Shown piece after piece: positions 1-9,702 of a DNA stretch of 64,000 nt. Each line of letters begins with the position of its first letter. The first letter of the stretch is position 1. The stretch is taken from contig OZ242358.1 in the NCBI GenBank assembly GCA_965208835.1, positions 4,672,001 through 4,736,000 of the forward strand. The letters are read 5' to 3'. The DNA comes from Candidatus Latescibacterota bacterium (GTDB lineage: Bacteria > Latescibacterota > UBA2968 > GCA-2709665). The notes below the pieces were generated by a model. It saw only the letters and a program-made list of their open reading frames with translations, was not told the origin of the DNA and ran no database searches. The position numbers were made by a program, and so were the translations under genes.

Positions 1-144
1 TGCACAACATCTGGTATTAATTTCGCGCCTTCCGCTCCATACCCACCACATTTTCCCGGGATGCGTGGTTCTGCCGTGTACATGCACACATGGTCACGGG
101 GTTGTTTTTTTTAGAGATATGGGAAAAAATCGCCTAGAAATCCC

Positions 145-173
145 TTGACTTTTGTATGTCCTGGCCCTAATTT
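145..173 (+). promoter_or_regulatory. sigma70-type promoter of the dcw operon
   Basis: TTGACT (145-150), 17 bp spacer, TAATTT (168-173), upstream of mraZ. Confidence 0.7.
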
Positions 174-175
174 TG

Positions 176-201
176 GTGGTGGAAAGTGGTGGAAAGTGGT
201 G
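176..201 (+). promoter_or_regulatory. MraZ operator (three GTGG boxes at 10-bp period)
   Basis: GTGGTGGAAA-GTGGTGGAAA-GTGGTG right after the -10 box; MraZ binds GTGG/TGGG repeats at 10-bp period upstream of its own gene. Confidence 0.8.
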
Positions 202-248
202 TATCAGGGAGGACACGGAAGTTTCCGAAGACATCGATTGAGGAGGAC

Positions 249-278
249 AAGCCCCGGCAAGTCAGTCGGGGCTTTTCT
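249..278 (+). terminator. intrinsic terminator-like hairpin in the mraZ leader
   Basis: AAGCCCCGGC-aagtca-GTCGGGGCTT followed by TTCT. Confidence 0.5.
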
Positions 279-375
279 CCCGATTCTGTTCCTGGCGGGA
301 GCGCCTTCGAAACGCCTCTGTTGTCAATCGTGGATCATGCCGATGTAGAAGCTGTTTAACCTCCGAGCGCCACCC

Positions 376-831
376 ATGTCGGACGAAACGCCATTGTTCA
401 TTGGAGAATATGAGGATATTCCCGTCGATAACAAGGGTCGGCTGATTGTCCCCGCCGCCATTCGCCGGGTATTGCCTACTCATGTGACTTCACTCGTCAT
501 TGCCAGGTGGTTCGACGGCTGCCTGGCCGGATTCGACCCCATTGGGTGGCAACAGGTTTTGCAGCAGATAAGGGACGGGAGCCACAAAGGCAGGGTAAAA
601 CGTCAGATCGCACGTTGGGTGATGGGGGGCGCCGCGGAGACGAGAATCGACCGGCAGGGGCGTCTGCTGGTACCCCGTAAGCTGCTCGATACATCTGAAA
701 TCTCGGATCGTGCGACGCTCAGCGGCGTGGGCAACAGGATAGAAATCTGGAATCCTGAGCGATACACGGCGGATATGAGCGACGTCGGCGAGAATCTGGA
801 AGCATTCGCCGAAGACCTCGACATTCTCTAG
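376..831 (+). CDS. mraZ: division/cell wall cluster repressor MraZ
   Basis: Two DxKGR/DxQGR AbrB-like motifs, FIGEY, GVGNRIEIW; first gene of the dcw cluster. Confidence 0.96.
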   Translation: MSDETPLFIGEYEDIPVDNKGRLIVPAAIRRVLPTHVTSLVIARWFDGCLAGFDPIGWQQVLQQIRDGSHKGRVKRQIARWVMGGAAETRIDRQGRLLVPRKLLDTSEISDRATLSGVGNRIEIWNPERYTADMSDVGENLEAFAEDLDIL

Positions 832-841
832 TATTTCGTCA

Positions 842-1777
842 ATGTCCGGGGCCGCGGAATTCCATACACCGGTTTTGGGACCGGAAACTGCCCTTCAGGT
901 GGTCAACGACCCGAACGGTGTGTACGTCGATGGCACGGTAGGAGGCGGGGGCCACGCTGAGCATATGCTGGAGCGGATGGGCAGGCGTGGACGACTGATT
1001 GGAATTGATCGGGATCCAGAGGCGGTTCAGGCCGCCGCCCTTCGGCTGCGGCGATTCTCCGAACGGCTGGACATCATCGAGGCGTCTTATCGGGAACTGC
1101 CGGGGGTCCTGGAAAAATTGGAGGTCGATCGGATCTCGGGCGCGCTCTTCGACCTCGGCGTTTCTTCCCATCAGATCGATGAGCCCTCCCGCGGTTTCAG
1201 CTACCTGCGAAACGGGCCCCTGGATATGCGTATGGGACCCGACGCACTCCGGTCGGCGAAGGACATTGTGAATGCCTACTCTCAGAAGGAGCTGACCCGG
1301 ATTTTCAGGGACTTCGGAGAAGAACGCGTCTCCGGGCGGATCGCCCGGGCCATTTGCCGCCGGCGGGTCCGACAGCCGTTGAAAGACACATCCGAACTGG
1401 CAGCGCTGATTTCGGAGACCACGCCGGGATCTCAAACCACGAAAACCCTTGCCAGGATCTTCCAGGCGATCAGGATTGAGGTAAACGGCGAACTGGATCA
1501 GCTTCACGAAACACTTGAGTACACAATCGGCAAGTTGACGAGTGCCGGACGTATCGGCGTTCTATCCTATCACTCTCTTGAAGATCGTACGGTAAAGAAG
1601 GTCTTTCGTTCGGCTGCTCTGGGTTGCGTCTGCCCGCCGAATCTACCCGTTTGCGGATGTGGACGGATCCCGCAAGTGCGGGTGCTGGCCCCCGGAGGCA
1701 TACGACCGGAACCGGAAGAGCGCCAGCACAACCCGCGATCCAGAAGTGCGACGTTGAGGGTTGCGGAGAGATTGTAA
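842..1777 (+). CDS. rsmH: 16S rRNA m4C1402 methyltransferase RsmH
   Basis: HTPVL, DGTVGGGGH, DLGVSSHQID, FQAIRIEVN, SYHSLEDR, NPRSRSA. Confidence 0.98.
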   Translation: MSGAAEFHTPVLGPETALQVVNDPNGVYVDGTVGGGGHAEHMLERMGRRGRLIGIDRDPEAVQAAALRLRRFSERLDIIEASYRELPGVLEKLEVDRISGALFDLGVSSHQIDEPSRGFSYLRNGPLDMRMGPDALRSAKDIVNAYSQKELTRIFRDFGEERVSGRIARAICRRRVRQPLKDTSELAALISETTPGSQTTKTLARIFQAIRIEVNGELDQLHETLEYTIGKLTSAGRIGVLSYHSLEDRTVKKVFRSAALGCVCPPNLPVCGCGRIPQVRVLAPGGIRPEPEERQHNPRSRSATLRVAERL

Positions 1778-1782
1778 GGTTA

Positions 1783-1868
1783 AGAAGGTGTCTTAAAATT
1801 CCCAGCGGTCTTCGCACGGCTGCAAAAGCGACGGTCGGGAGCTCACCGGTAATTTTAAGACAGCCTTT
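1783..1868. repeat. family A TIR element, short form (MITE-like)
   Basis: Ends AGAAGGTGTCTTAAAATT / AATTTTAAGACAGCCTTT; body CCCAGCGGTCTTCGC.CGGCTGC shared with copies at 15748, 18222 and 24726. Confidence 0.85.
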
Positions 1869-1891
1869 AACGGTCTGGAGTGACTTGGTGA

Positions 1892-2230
1892 ATGCATATG
1901 AATACCCGTTCCGATATGAAGACGTCGGGTGGTTATCGATACGTACTCCTTACCCTGGCGCTCGTCGTTCTGGGTCTTCTGGGTTATCTGTGGGCCCAGG
2001 CGCAGACCGTAAGGCAGGGTGACGATATCTCGCGGCTTCGAATCGAACACCAGCAGCTTCTCCGGCAGCAGGAGCGTCTCCGGGCGGAAATCTCGGGACT
2101 CCGAAGAAGCAGCAGAATCCGGGAGATCGCCACCAACAGACTTGGGATGGTATTTCCTCAGGGACCGCCGCAGAATCTCTACCTGGGTCGGCACCCGGAC
2201 CACCACGCTCTTTCCGACCACAAAAACTGA
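1892..2230 (+). CDS. ftsL: cell division protein FtsL
   Basis: Single TM, leucine-zipper coiled coil, RIREIATNRLGM; lies between rsmH and ftsI; start uncertain. Confidence 0.88.
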   Translation: MHMNTRSDMKTSGGYRYVLLTLALVVLGLLGYLWAQAQTVRQGDDISRLRIEHQQLLRQQERLRAEISGLRRSSRIREIATNRLGMVFPQGPPQNLYLGRHPDHHALSDHKN

Positions 2231-2233
2231 ACC

Positions 2234-4330
2234 ATGCGGATAGAAGTGCGCCACATTCGCCGGCAGAAAGCCATCTGCCTGCTGGGCGGTATCTTCGTTC
2301 TGATCTTGACCTGCAGACTGGCTGCGCTTCAGGTGTGGACGGGTGACGTTTACAGCGCCCGTGCGAAGAGGCAGCACGAAATGCGGACTGTATTGCAGGC
2401 GAACCGCGGTCGTATTCTGGACCGCAAGGGCAGGCTGCTCGCAACGAACCTGGAAGCCCAATCGTTCTTTGTCAACAAGGTTGCCGGGTTGGACAGCCTC
2501 CGTTCCATCGCCGTGCGGTTTTCCGGTCGCGATGGCGCGGAGAATGCCGCGCTGCTGCGACGGCTGCAAGAGAAGCGTTTTGTCTGGCTGGCTCGAAAGG
2601 TGTTCAGCGACCCGCGACAGGATCCGCTGCCGAAGGGTGTCGGTCGCATTGTCGAGATGAGGCGAACCTATCCGATGGGAGAGCTTGCCGGACAGGTTCT
2701 GGGGTACACCGACATCGACAATCTGGGCATCGAGGGCGTGGAGCTGGCTTGCAATTTGCTGCTGGAGGGCGAACACGGGGATATGACGTCCAGGCGGGAC
2801 GCGCGCGGCGAAGCACTGGGCGCCTTGGGCGTTGTGAGGAGAATGCCCGAGGACGGCGAGGATGTGATGTTGACCCTGGACGTCGATTATCAGTCGATCG
2901 TCGAAGAGGAGTTGGCTGCCGCGGTGTCGCAATTCCGGGCGGTAAACGGTATTGTTGTCGTCACCTCGCCCCGGTCAGGTGAAATCCTGGCAATGGCCAA
3001 TGTGCCGCTGTACGATCCCAATCACTTCGGCAAATACGATGCGGCGTTCCGGCGCAATCGCGCGGTGACCGATATCTTTGAGCCGGGATCCACGTTCAAG
3101 GCGATCGCTGTAGCGGGGGGGTTGGAGGAAGGCCTCTGGCGCCGGGAGGATCGGATCTTTTGTGAGTTCGGACGGATGCAGGTTCCCGGCGGCGTGATTC
3201 GAGACACACATCCGTGTGGATGGCTGACGGTCCAGCAGGTTGTCGAAGAGTCCAGCAACATCGGTACCGTGAAAATCGCCCGGAAACTGGAACAGGCGGG
3301 TCTGTATAAATATGTCCGGCTCTTCGGATTTGGAAACAAGACAACCGTGGACCTGCCGGGTGAAGTGGCCGGAAACGTGAAAAAACCGACACGATGGTCC
3401 GGAAGAACGCTGGCGTCAATGTCGATCGGACAGGAAATCGGCGTAACGGCATTGCAGATGGCGATGGCTTACGGCGCAATCGCCAACGGCGGTCGCCTAA
3501 TGGCCCCGCGCATCTATCGCCGCCGATCGCCGGACGGTGTCTGGGAGTCCAAACGGCCCCATGTGCTGCGCGACGTCGTCTCCGAGGAGACGGCAGGAAA
3601 CATCGCCGAAATCCTCGAAGGGGTGGTTCTGCGAGGCACGGGCAAAAACGCACAGGTACCAGGTTATCGCGTGGCTGGAAAAACGGGCACTGCGCAGAGG
3701 GCAAAGGAGGGTGGAAGGGGCTATGATCCAAACCGGTATGTTTCCTCGTTCATCGGCTTTTTGCCGGTAGAGCGCGCCGAGTTCGTATGTATCGTGATTG
3801 TGGACAGCCCGAAGGGTATTCGCTGGGGCAGCAAGGTGGCGGCGCCGGTTTTCAGCCGCATCATGCAACGCATACTGAGTCTGCGGGACACGGAAATGCG
3901 ACACCGGGCAGTGGCTGAATCCCGGGGGGACGAAGCCGACAAGGCATCCAGGCCCGTATTGGCGGGATTGACCCGCAAGATAGCGAAACGGGTAATGGAT
4001 CGACAAGGTATCGAGCCGATCCAGGTGCACGAGGGCTCACGATTATCGGTCGGCCCTCGAGCCCGGTCGACCGGGAACCTTGAATCGCGGCACGAGGCCG
4101 TTGAAGCAGACTCCGGGAAGACCGGGGATTATATCGCGACGCCCAATGTGTTGGGAGTTCCATTGCGCCAGGCTGTGGTACAATTGACATCGTCAGGATT
4201 GGCGGTTAGCGCCTCGGGCAGCGGGCGAGTCGTCTCTCAGACCCCCGGCGCCGGGATGCCGGTTGCCCGCGGCACGACCTGCAACGTCGTATGCAGCCCG
4301 CAGCACACGCCAATTCCGAACGACCTGTGA
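2234..4330 (+). CDS. ftsI: class B PBP FtsI with C-terminal PASTA domain
   Basis: RGRILDR, EPGSTFK (SxxK), SSN, KTGTAQ, PASTA-like PNVLG...VVSQTP. Confidence 0.95.
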   Translation: MRIEVRHIRRQKAICLLGGIFVLILTCRLAALQVWTGDVYSARAKRQHEMRTVLQANRGRILDRKGRLLATNLEAQSFFVNKVAGLDSLRSIAVRFSGRDGAENAALLRRLQEKRFVWLARKVFSDPRQDPLPKGVGRIVEMRRTYPMGELAGQVLGYTDIDNLGIEGVELACNLLLEGEHGDMTSRRDARGEALGALGVVRRMPEDGEDVMLTLDVDYQSIVEEELAAAVSQFRAVNGIVVVTSPRSGEILAMANVPLYDPNHFGKYDAAFRRNRAVTDIFEPGSTFKAIAVAGGLEEGLWRREDRIFCEFGRMQVPGGVIRDTHPCGWLTVQQVVEESSNIGTVKIARKLEQAGLYKYVRLFGFGNKTTVDLPGEVAGNVKKPTRWSGRTLASMSIGQEIGVTALQMAMAYGAIANGGRLMAPRIYRRRSPDGVWESKRPHVLRDVVSEETAGNIAEILEGVVLRGTGKNAQVPGYRVAGKTGTAQRAKEGGRGYDPNRYVSSFIGFLPVERAEFVCIVIVDSPKGIRWGSKVAAPVFSRIMQRILSLRDTEMRHRAVAESRGDEADKASRPVLAGLTRKIAKRVMDRQGIEPIQVHEGSRLSVGPRARSTGNLESRHEAVEADSGKTGDYIATPNVLGVPLRQAVVQLTSSGLAVSASGSGRVVSQTPGAGMPVARGTTCNVVCSPQHTPIPNDL

Positions 4331-4343
4331 CAAAAGCCATGTT

Positions 4344-5789
4344 ATGCGGCTGGTCGACTTCATTTGCCGGATTCCTGGAGCGCAAAGGCTTCATCCGGGC
4401 AATCCCCGGGTTACGGGTCTCGCCACGGATTCGCGCAAGGTTCGACCGGGCGACTTGTTCGTCGCCATCAGAGGCGGACAGCTTGAAGACCGGCATGACT
4501 TCGTACCGCAGGCGATCGCTGCAGGGGCCGTGGCGGTTGTTGTTGAAGAGCCGGTCCAGGCGGACATAGCCGTTGTCCGGGTGCCGTCAACGCGGGAGGC
4601 GCTGGGCGTATTCGCGGAACATTTCTACGGGTCGCCGTCGCGAAAGCTGCGGATGGTGGGCGTAACGGGGACAAACGGGAAAACCACGACGGCAATGCTG
4701 ATACACGCGTCGCTGGAGGCAGCCGCCGGCGATTGCGGGTTGATCGGGACGGTTGAAACCCGGGTGGGTGGCCGCCGGATGCCGTCGTACATCGGAACTC
4801 CTGAAGCGCACGACCTGCAGCGGTTGTTGAAGAAAATGACGGACAGCGGCTGCACAGCGGCCGTGATGGAAGTTACGTCGCATGGGCTGGCACTCGACCG
4901 CGTATACGGTATCGCGTTCAATACAGCGGTTTTTACGAATTTTTCTCGGGACCATCTGGATTTCCATGGTTCGTTGGAGTCCTACCTGGCCGCCAAGAAG
5001 CTGCTCTTTGACAACTTGAACCCGGATGCGCGTGCGGTGGTCAACGCGGACGACGTGGCGACCGGCCGCCTGTTGAGCAACTGTTGCGCGACAGTTGTGT
5101 CATACGGCCGATCCACGACCGCCGACGTACGAATCGAAAACGCGGAAACAGACGATCGCGGGACCCGCATGGACCTGGAAACGAGATGGGGATCGCTGGA
5201 ACTCAACCTGGCGCTGCGGGGCCGTTTCCATCAGATGAACGCCGCCGCTGCGATTGCGGCGGGGCTGGCAATGGATGTCGACGCGGAAACGATTGCCGAT
5301 GCCATCCGGGACGTACAGGTGCCTGGCCGTTTCGAGAGCATTCAGGAAGGGCAGGATTTCAGTGTGATTGTGGACTACGCGCATACACCGGACGCGCTTG
5401 GAAATGTCCTTCGGGCCGCCCGCGAGTTTACGGAAGGCCGATTGATCTGCGTGTTTGGATGCGGCGGCGATCGTGATCGCGGAAAGCGCCCGCAAATGGG
5501 ACGGATTTCCGCGCGGATGTCCGATCTGACCATCGTGACTTCTGACAATCCCAGGACCGAAGCCCCGGACTCGATTCTCAGAGACATCGTGGCGGGAGTC
5601 GGCGGTGCGGACCACCTCGTGGAAGTTGACCGACGGAAGGCGATTTCACTGGCCATTGAAAACGCTTCCGGCGGCGATCTTGTCGTCATTGCGGGCAAGG
5701 GACATGAAGATTACCAGGATATCGGCGGACGGAAGATCCACTTTGACGACCGGCTGGTCGCAAGGGACATCCTGAGCGGCCGGGTATGA
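4344..5789 (+). CDS. murE: MurE ligase (meso-DAP type)
   Basis: DSRKV, GVTGTNGKTT, DYAHTPD, FGCGGDRD, DNPR, AGKGHE; ATG at 4344 preferred over the ORF-track start. Confidence 0.96.
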   Translation: MRLVDFICRIPGAQRLHPGNPRVTGLATDSRKVRPGDLFVAIRGGQLEDRHDFVPQAIAAGAVAVVVEEPVQADIAVVRVPSTREALGVFAEHFYGSPSRKLRMVGVTGTNGKTTTAMLIHASLEAAAGDCGLIGTVETRVGGRRMPSYIGTPEAHDLQRLLKKMTDSGCTAAVMEVTSHGLALDRVYGIAFNTAVFTNFSRDHLDFHGSLESYLAAKKLLFDNLNPDARAVVNADDVATGRLLSNCCATVVSYGRSTTADVRIENAETDDRGTRMDLETRWGSLELNLALRGRFHQMNAAAAIAAGLAMDVDAETIADAIRDVQVPGRFESIQEGQDFSVIVDYAHTPDALGNVLRAAREFTEGRLICVFGCGGDRDRGKRPQMGRISARMSDLTIVTSDNPRTEAPDSILRDIVAGVGGADHLVEVDRRKAISLAIENASGGDLVVIAGKGHEDYQDIGGRKIHFDDRLVARDILSGRV

Positions 5790-5847
5790 CCGGAATCCAG
5801 TTGCCAAGGGGATACAGACTCCCGGACCTTCACCCGGATTGCTGCGT

Positions 5848-7281
5848 ATGGAAGGGATGACACTCGTTGAAGCGGCCGATGCAATGGGCGGAGAGCTCGT
5901 TGGCGCCGTCGATCCTGCAATCTGTCCAGTTGGAGGCTGCATCGACTCACGAGTGTTGAATGCGGGGGAACTGTTCTTCGCACTTGAAGGAGAGCGCGCA
6001 AACGGAAATCGGGATGGACATCGTTTTGTGGAAGATGCCCTCGAGAAGGGTGCATCGGCGGCTGTCGTCTCGAGGCACTGGGCTGAAGACCGGAAACGCC
6101 GAAGCCTGTCCGGAACGATGATCGTCGTCGAGACACCAGGCACGGCGCTTGGCGCTCTCGGAAGAACGTACCGCCGGCGTTTCCGGATTCCGGTGGTGGG
6201 CATTACCGGCAGCAGTGGAAAGACAACCACCAAGGATATGGCTGCCGCCGTGCTGAGCACCCGGTACCGAGTGCTGGCTACGGAAGGCAACCTGAACAAC
6301 TGGCTTGGAGTCCCGCTGACCCTGCTGCGACTCTCGAAAACCTGCGAAGCCGCAGTGATCGAAATGGGCATCAGCGAACACGGCGGATTGAAATACCTGT
6401 GTGAAATTGCCGATCCTACGATCGGCGTCATTACCAATATCGGACCTGCACATCTGGAGTTTTTAGGCTCTGTAGAGGGGGTGGCCAAAGCCAAAGGGGA
6501 ACTCCTGGATCATCTTGAAGAGTCTTCAATGGCTATCTTGAATCTCGATGACCTGTTCGTGTCCAAGGAGCGAGCAAGACTAAAGGGGAGACTCCTGGGC
6601 TTTGGTATCGAGAAGATATGTCAGTTTCGTGGGGAGGGACTTGTCATAGACCAGGAGGGCTGCGGTCATTTCTCTCTGCAGGGCCGTTTTTTTCATCTGG
6701 CTGTTCCCGGCCGGCATCACGTGTACAACGCACTTGCCGCAACGGCGGTGGGCGCGGCACTGGATGTGCCGGTTGAACAGGCCGCTAAAGCGCTCGGCGC
6801 GTTTCGGCCTTCGAAGCTGCGCGGCCAGATCGTCGAATGGAACGGAATCCGTCTATTAAACGACACGTACAATGCCAATCCGGCCTCGATGCGGGCGGCC
6901 CTGGAAACGCTGGCGCGGATGTCCGTCTCGGAAGGCGGGCGCCGGGTGGCTGTGCTGGGCGATATGCTGGAACTGGGCGCGTCGGCCGTTCAGAGCCACG
7001 AGCGTCTTGGAGAACTTGCCGCCGGTATCGGGATGGACGCCATCTTTGCGCTCGGCGACATGTCAGGTCACGTGTCCCGGGGGGGCATATCGGGAGGTCT
7101 GCCTTCCGACAGGTCGCGGGCATTCAAAGACCGTGAATCCCTGGTGACGGATCTCAGGGCATTTCTCAAACCGGGCGATCTCGTACTGATGAAGGGCTCT
7201 CGCGGCGTGGCGATGGAGACAACCGCGGAAGCACTGGGATTCGAGACAACTTCTGAACGAAGCCATGCCGTCGAGGGATGA
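5848..7281 (+). CDS. murF: MurF ligase
   Basis: ITGSSGKTTTK, GNLNN, DTYNANP, LGDMLELG, KGSRG; start approximate. Confidence 0.96.
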   Translation: MEGMTLVEAADAMGGELVGAVDPAICPVGGCIDSRVLNAGELFFALEGERANGNRDGHRFVEDALEKGASAAVVSRHWAEDRKRRSLSGTMIVVETPGTALGALGRTYRRRFRIPVVGITGSSGKTTTKDMAAAVLSTRYRVLATEGNLNNWLGVPLTLLRLSKTCEAAVIEMGISEHGGLKYLCEIADPTIGVITNIGPAHLEFLGSVEGVAKAKGELLDHLEESSMAILNLDDLFVSKERARLKGRLLGFGIEKICQFRGEGLVIDQEGCGHFSLQGRFFHLAVPGRHHVYNALAATAVGAALDVPVEQAAKALGAFRPSKLRGQIVEWNGIRLLNDTYNANPASMRAALETLARMSVSEGGRRVAVLGDMLELGASAVQSHERLGELAAGIGMDAIFALGDMSGHVSRGGISGGLPSDRSRAFKDRESLVTDLRAFLKPGDLVLMKGSRGVAMETTAEALGFETTSERSHAVEG

Positions 7282-7398
7282 ATTCTTTTGTCGTCGTCAT
7301 CGTAATTTGCGATTCCGTTCGTCAAGGCACTGACCCGGTTTCCGGCAACCGTTCCCGGAGTTCGTTTCAGGATCCTTTTTTCAGACAAGCAGATTCAT

Positions 7399-8574
7399 AT
7401 GTCGACCTCAGGAGCAGAGCGGCAGACCTACCTGCTGTTATTGCTGGTCGTCGGGCTGGTGGGTTTTGGCCTGGTAATGGTATACAGTGCCAGCACGGCG
7501 TTGGGTCACGTGCGTTTTGAGAGCGACCACTTTTTCTTGAAGCGGTCAGCGGTGCGTACGGCGGTCGGTCTTTTTGCGATGCTTTTGATCATGCGGGTTG
7601 ACTATCGCGTCTGGGCGCGTTTCGCCAAGGTCCTTCTCGCCATCGGTTTCCTGGGACTGGCGGTTGTCCTGGTATTCAAAATCGCGGGCTTCGGCAAAGT
7701 TCGCGGCGCGTATCGATGGATTCCATTGCCCGGCGGCGCCTTTCAACCTGCGGATCTGATGCGACTCGCGCTCGTGGTCTATCTGGCGGAATCCTTGAGC
7801 CGGCGCCAGGGACTGGTAAAGGACCTGGTTCAGGGTTACCTCCCCCATATCGCCATAATCGGCCTGGCGATGGGTATGGTTATGTTCCAGCCAGACCTCG
7901 GTACGGCGCTGGCGATCGGCCTGACCTGCACGCTGATGCTATATCTGGCCGGTGTCCGGGTCAAGCACCTGGCCGGCACCGGGATCGTCCTTCTGCCGGT
8001 GCTATTCATCGTTGTATTCGTTCTTGGATATCGAAAAGAACGAATGACGGCGTTCTTCAGTCCCACGGACGACGTCCAGGGCGCCGGATATCATGTAATG
8101 CAGTCATTGCTGGCGCTGGGCAGCGGAGGATGGTCCGGCGTGGGTCTTGGACAGAGCCTTCAGAAATATCTCTTCTTGCCGGAGCCTCATACCGACTTTG
8201 TGTTCAGCATTGTCGGAGAAGAGCTGGGATTGCTCGGCACGGCTGGCGTGGTGATCTGTTTCGTCATATTCGCACGGTGTGGTTTTCAGATCGCCCGTCG
8301 CGCACCGGACCTGCACGGGTTCTTTCTGGCGTCAGGCATCACATTCATGATTCTGGTCTATGCGTTTGTAAACATGGGGGTGTGCACCGGGCTGATACCG
8401 GCCACCGGGCTTCCCCTTCCCTTTATCAGCTACGGTGGAACTTCCATGCTGTTCACACTGCTTGCCGTGGGTATTCTGATCAACATCGGCCGGCGCGGAT
8501 CGGCCGACCCTGGAGCGCTTCCTCAGCGGACCGGTGCCGTCAGAATGTACCGGAGAGGAGATCGCAGGTTCTGA
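7399..8574 (+). CDS. ftsW: SEDS peptidoglycan polymerase FtsW
   Basis: MVYSAS, GAYRWI, QPDLGT, LPEPHTDF, EELG, LPFISYGG. Confidence 0.96.
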   Translation: MSTSGAERQTYLLLLLVVGLVGFGLVMVYSASTALGHVRFESDHFFLKRSAVRTAVGLFAMLLIMRVDYRVWARFAKVLLAIGFLGLAVVLVFKIAGFGKVRGAYRWIPLPGGAFQPADLMRLALVVYLAESLSRRQGLVKDLVQGYLPHIAIIGLAMGMVMFQPDLGTALAIGLTCTLMLYLAGVRVKHLAGTGIVLLPVLFIVVFVLGYRKERMTAFFSPTDDVQGAGYHVMQSLLALGSGGWSGVGLGQSLQKYLFLPEPHTDFVFSIVGEELGLLGTAGVVICFVIFARCGFQIARRAPDLHGFFLASGITFMILVYAFVNMGVCTGLIPATGLPLPFISYGGTSMLFTLLAVGILINIGRRGSADPGALPQRTGAVRMYRRGDRRF

Positions 8575-9680
8575 TGCCATTACGCCTGTTGTTTGCCGTT
8601 ACCCTGACCGGCGGCCACACGGTGCCCGCGCTGGGTGTAGCGGCCGCAGTCCGACAGCGGCGCCCTGCGACGAAAATCAGATTCGCAGGTGTTGCGCGGG
8701 GCGTTGAAGCCAGGCTGATTCCGCGTGCCGGCTACGTCCTGGAGACCTTGCCGGTCATAGGCCTTAAACGCCGCCTCCATCTGGATCTGTTGCAATTCCC
8801 GTGGTCGCTCCTGAAGGGTATCTGTTCAGCATTCCGAATCCTCGTTGCGTTTCATCCCCACGCGGTGATTTGCACGGGGGGCCATGTCAGCGGTCCGGTG
8901 GGCGTTGTCGCGCGGGTGCTTGGTATTCCGCTGGTTCTGCACGAGTCGAACAATTACCCCGGGCTCACCGTTCGCCTGTTGTCCCGGGCAGCCCGGCAGG
9001 TCTATCTGGCGTTTGAAGGGGCAAGGCGCCGCGTAGGCGGCCGTGAGAAGCATGTCGTGGGCAACCCGATTCGGGAGGGATGGCGGCGCGTGGACAGGGA
9101 AGCAGCTCGCCGGCGGTTTGGTCTGGACGTCGACCGGGTCACGCTGTTTGTGACCGGAGCCAGCCAGGGATCAATGGGAATCAACCGCGCCGTGGCTGAG
9201 GCGCTGCCGGTACTGACGAAACGTGGCTATCAGATTCTGTGGCAGACCGGCAAGGTGGGTTACGACGCCGCGGCATCCGCGGCCCGCCCCTGTGGAGACC
9301 GCGTGGTCGTCAGGGAATTCATCGACGAAATGGCGGTGGCTTACAGCGCGGCGGACCTCGCGTTGACCCGGGCGGGCGCAATAACGGTAACGGAAATGAC
9401 GCAACTGGGTGTGCCCGCATTGATGGTGCCACTGCCGCTCGCGGCCGAGAACCATCAGGAATACAATGCAAAGGCCGTTGTTCGAGCGGGGGCCGCGCGC
9501 ATGGTGCGCGAATCGGAACTTAGCGCGGAAAGACTGGTGCAGGAAGTGTCCGTGATGATCGATTCTAACGGGCTTCTTTCGGAAATGTCCCGCCGCAGCC
9601 GCGCGGTGGCGGTTCCTGACGCGGCTGTGCGGATGGTGGAGGGAATGGCGCACAGCGGACTGCTGCGCGGTGAGCGGTAG
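8574..9680 (+). CDS. murG: MurG GlcNAc transferase
   Basis: TGGH, HESN, GNPIR, GASQGS, WQTG, RAGA, HQEYNA; ATG overlaps the ftsW stop. Confidence 0.93.
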   Translation: MPLRLLFAVTLTGGHTVPALGVAAAVRQRRPATKIRFAGVARGVEARLIPRAGYVLETLPVIGLKRRLHLDLLQFPWSLLKGICSAFRILVAFHPHAVICTGGHVSGPVGVVARVLGIPLVLHESNNYPGLTVRLLSRAARQVYLAFEGARRRVGGREKHVVGNPIREGWRRVDREAARRRFGLDVDRVTLFVTGASQGSMGINRAVAEALPVLTKRGYQILWQTGKVGYDAAASAARPCGDRVVVREFIDEMAVAYSAADLALTRAGAITVTEMTQLGVPALMVPLPLAAENHQEYNAKAVVRAGAARMVRESELSAERLVQEVSVMIDSNGLLSEMSRRSRAVAVPDAAVRMVEGMAHSGLLRGER

Positions 9681-9702
9681 AACATCAGGGGATGGATGCC
9701 GC

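Noticed and set aside
7716-8573. 286-aa N-terminal extension of the 654-aa ORF containing murG
   Set aside because: Off-frame overlap with ftsW; MurG homology starts at ATG 8574
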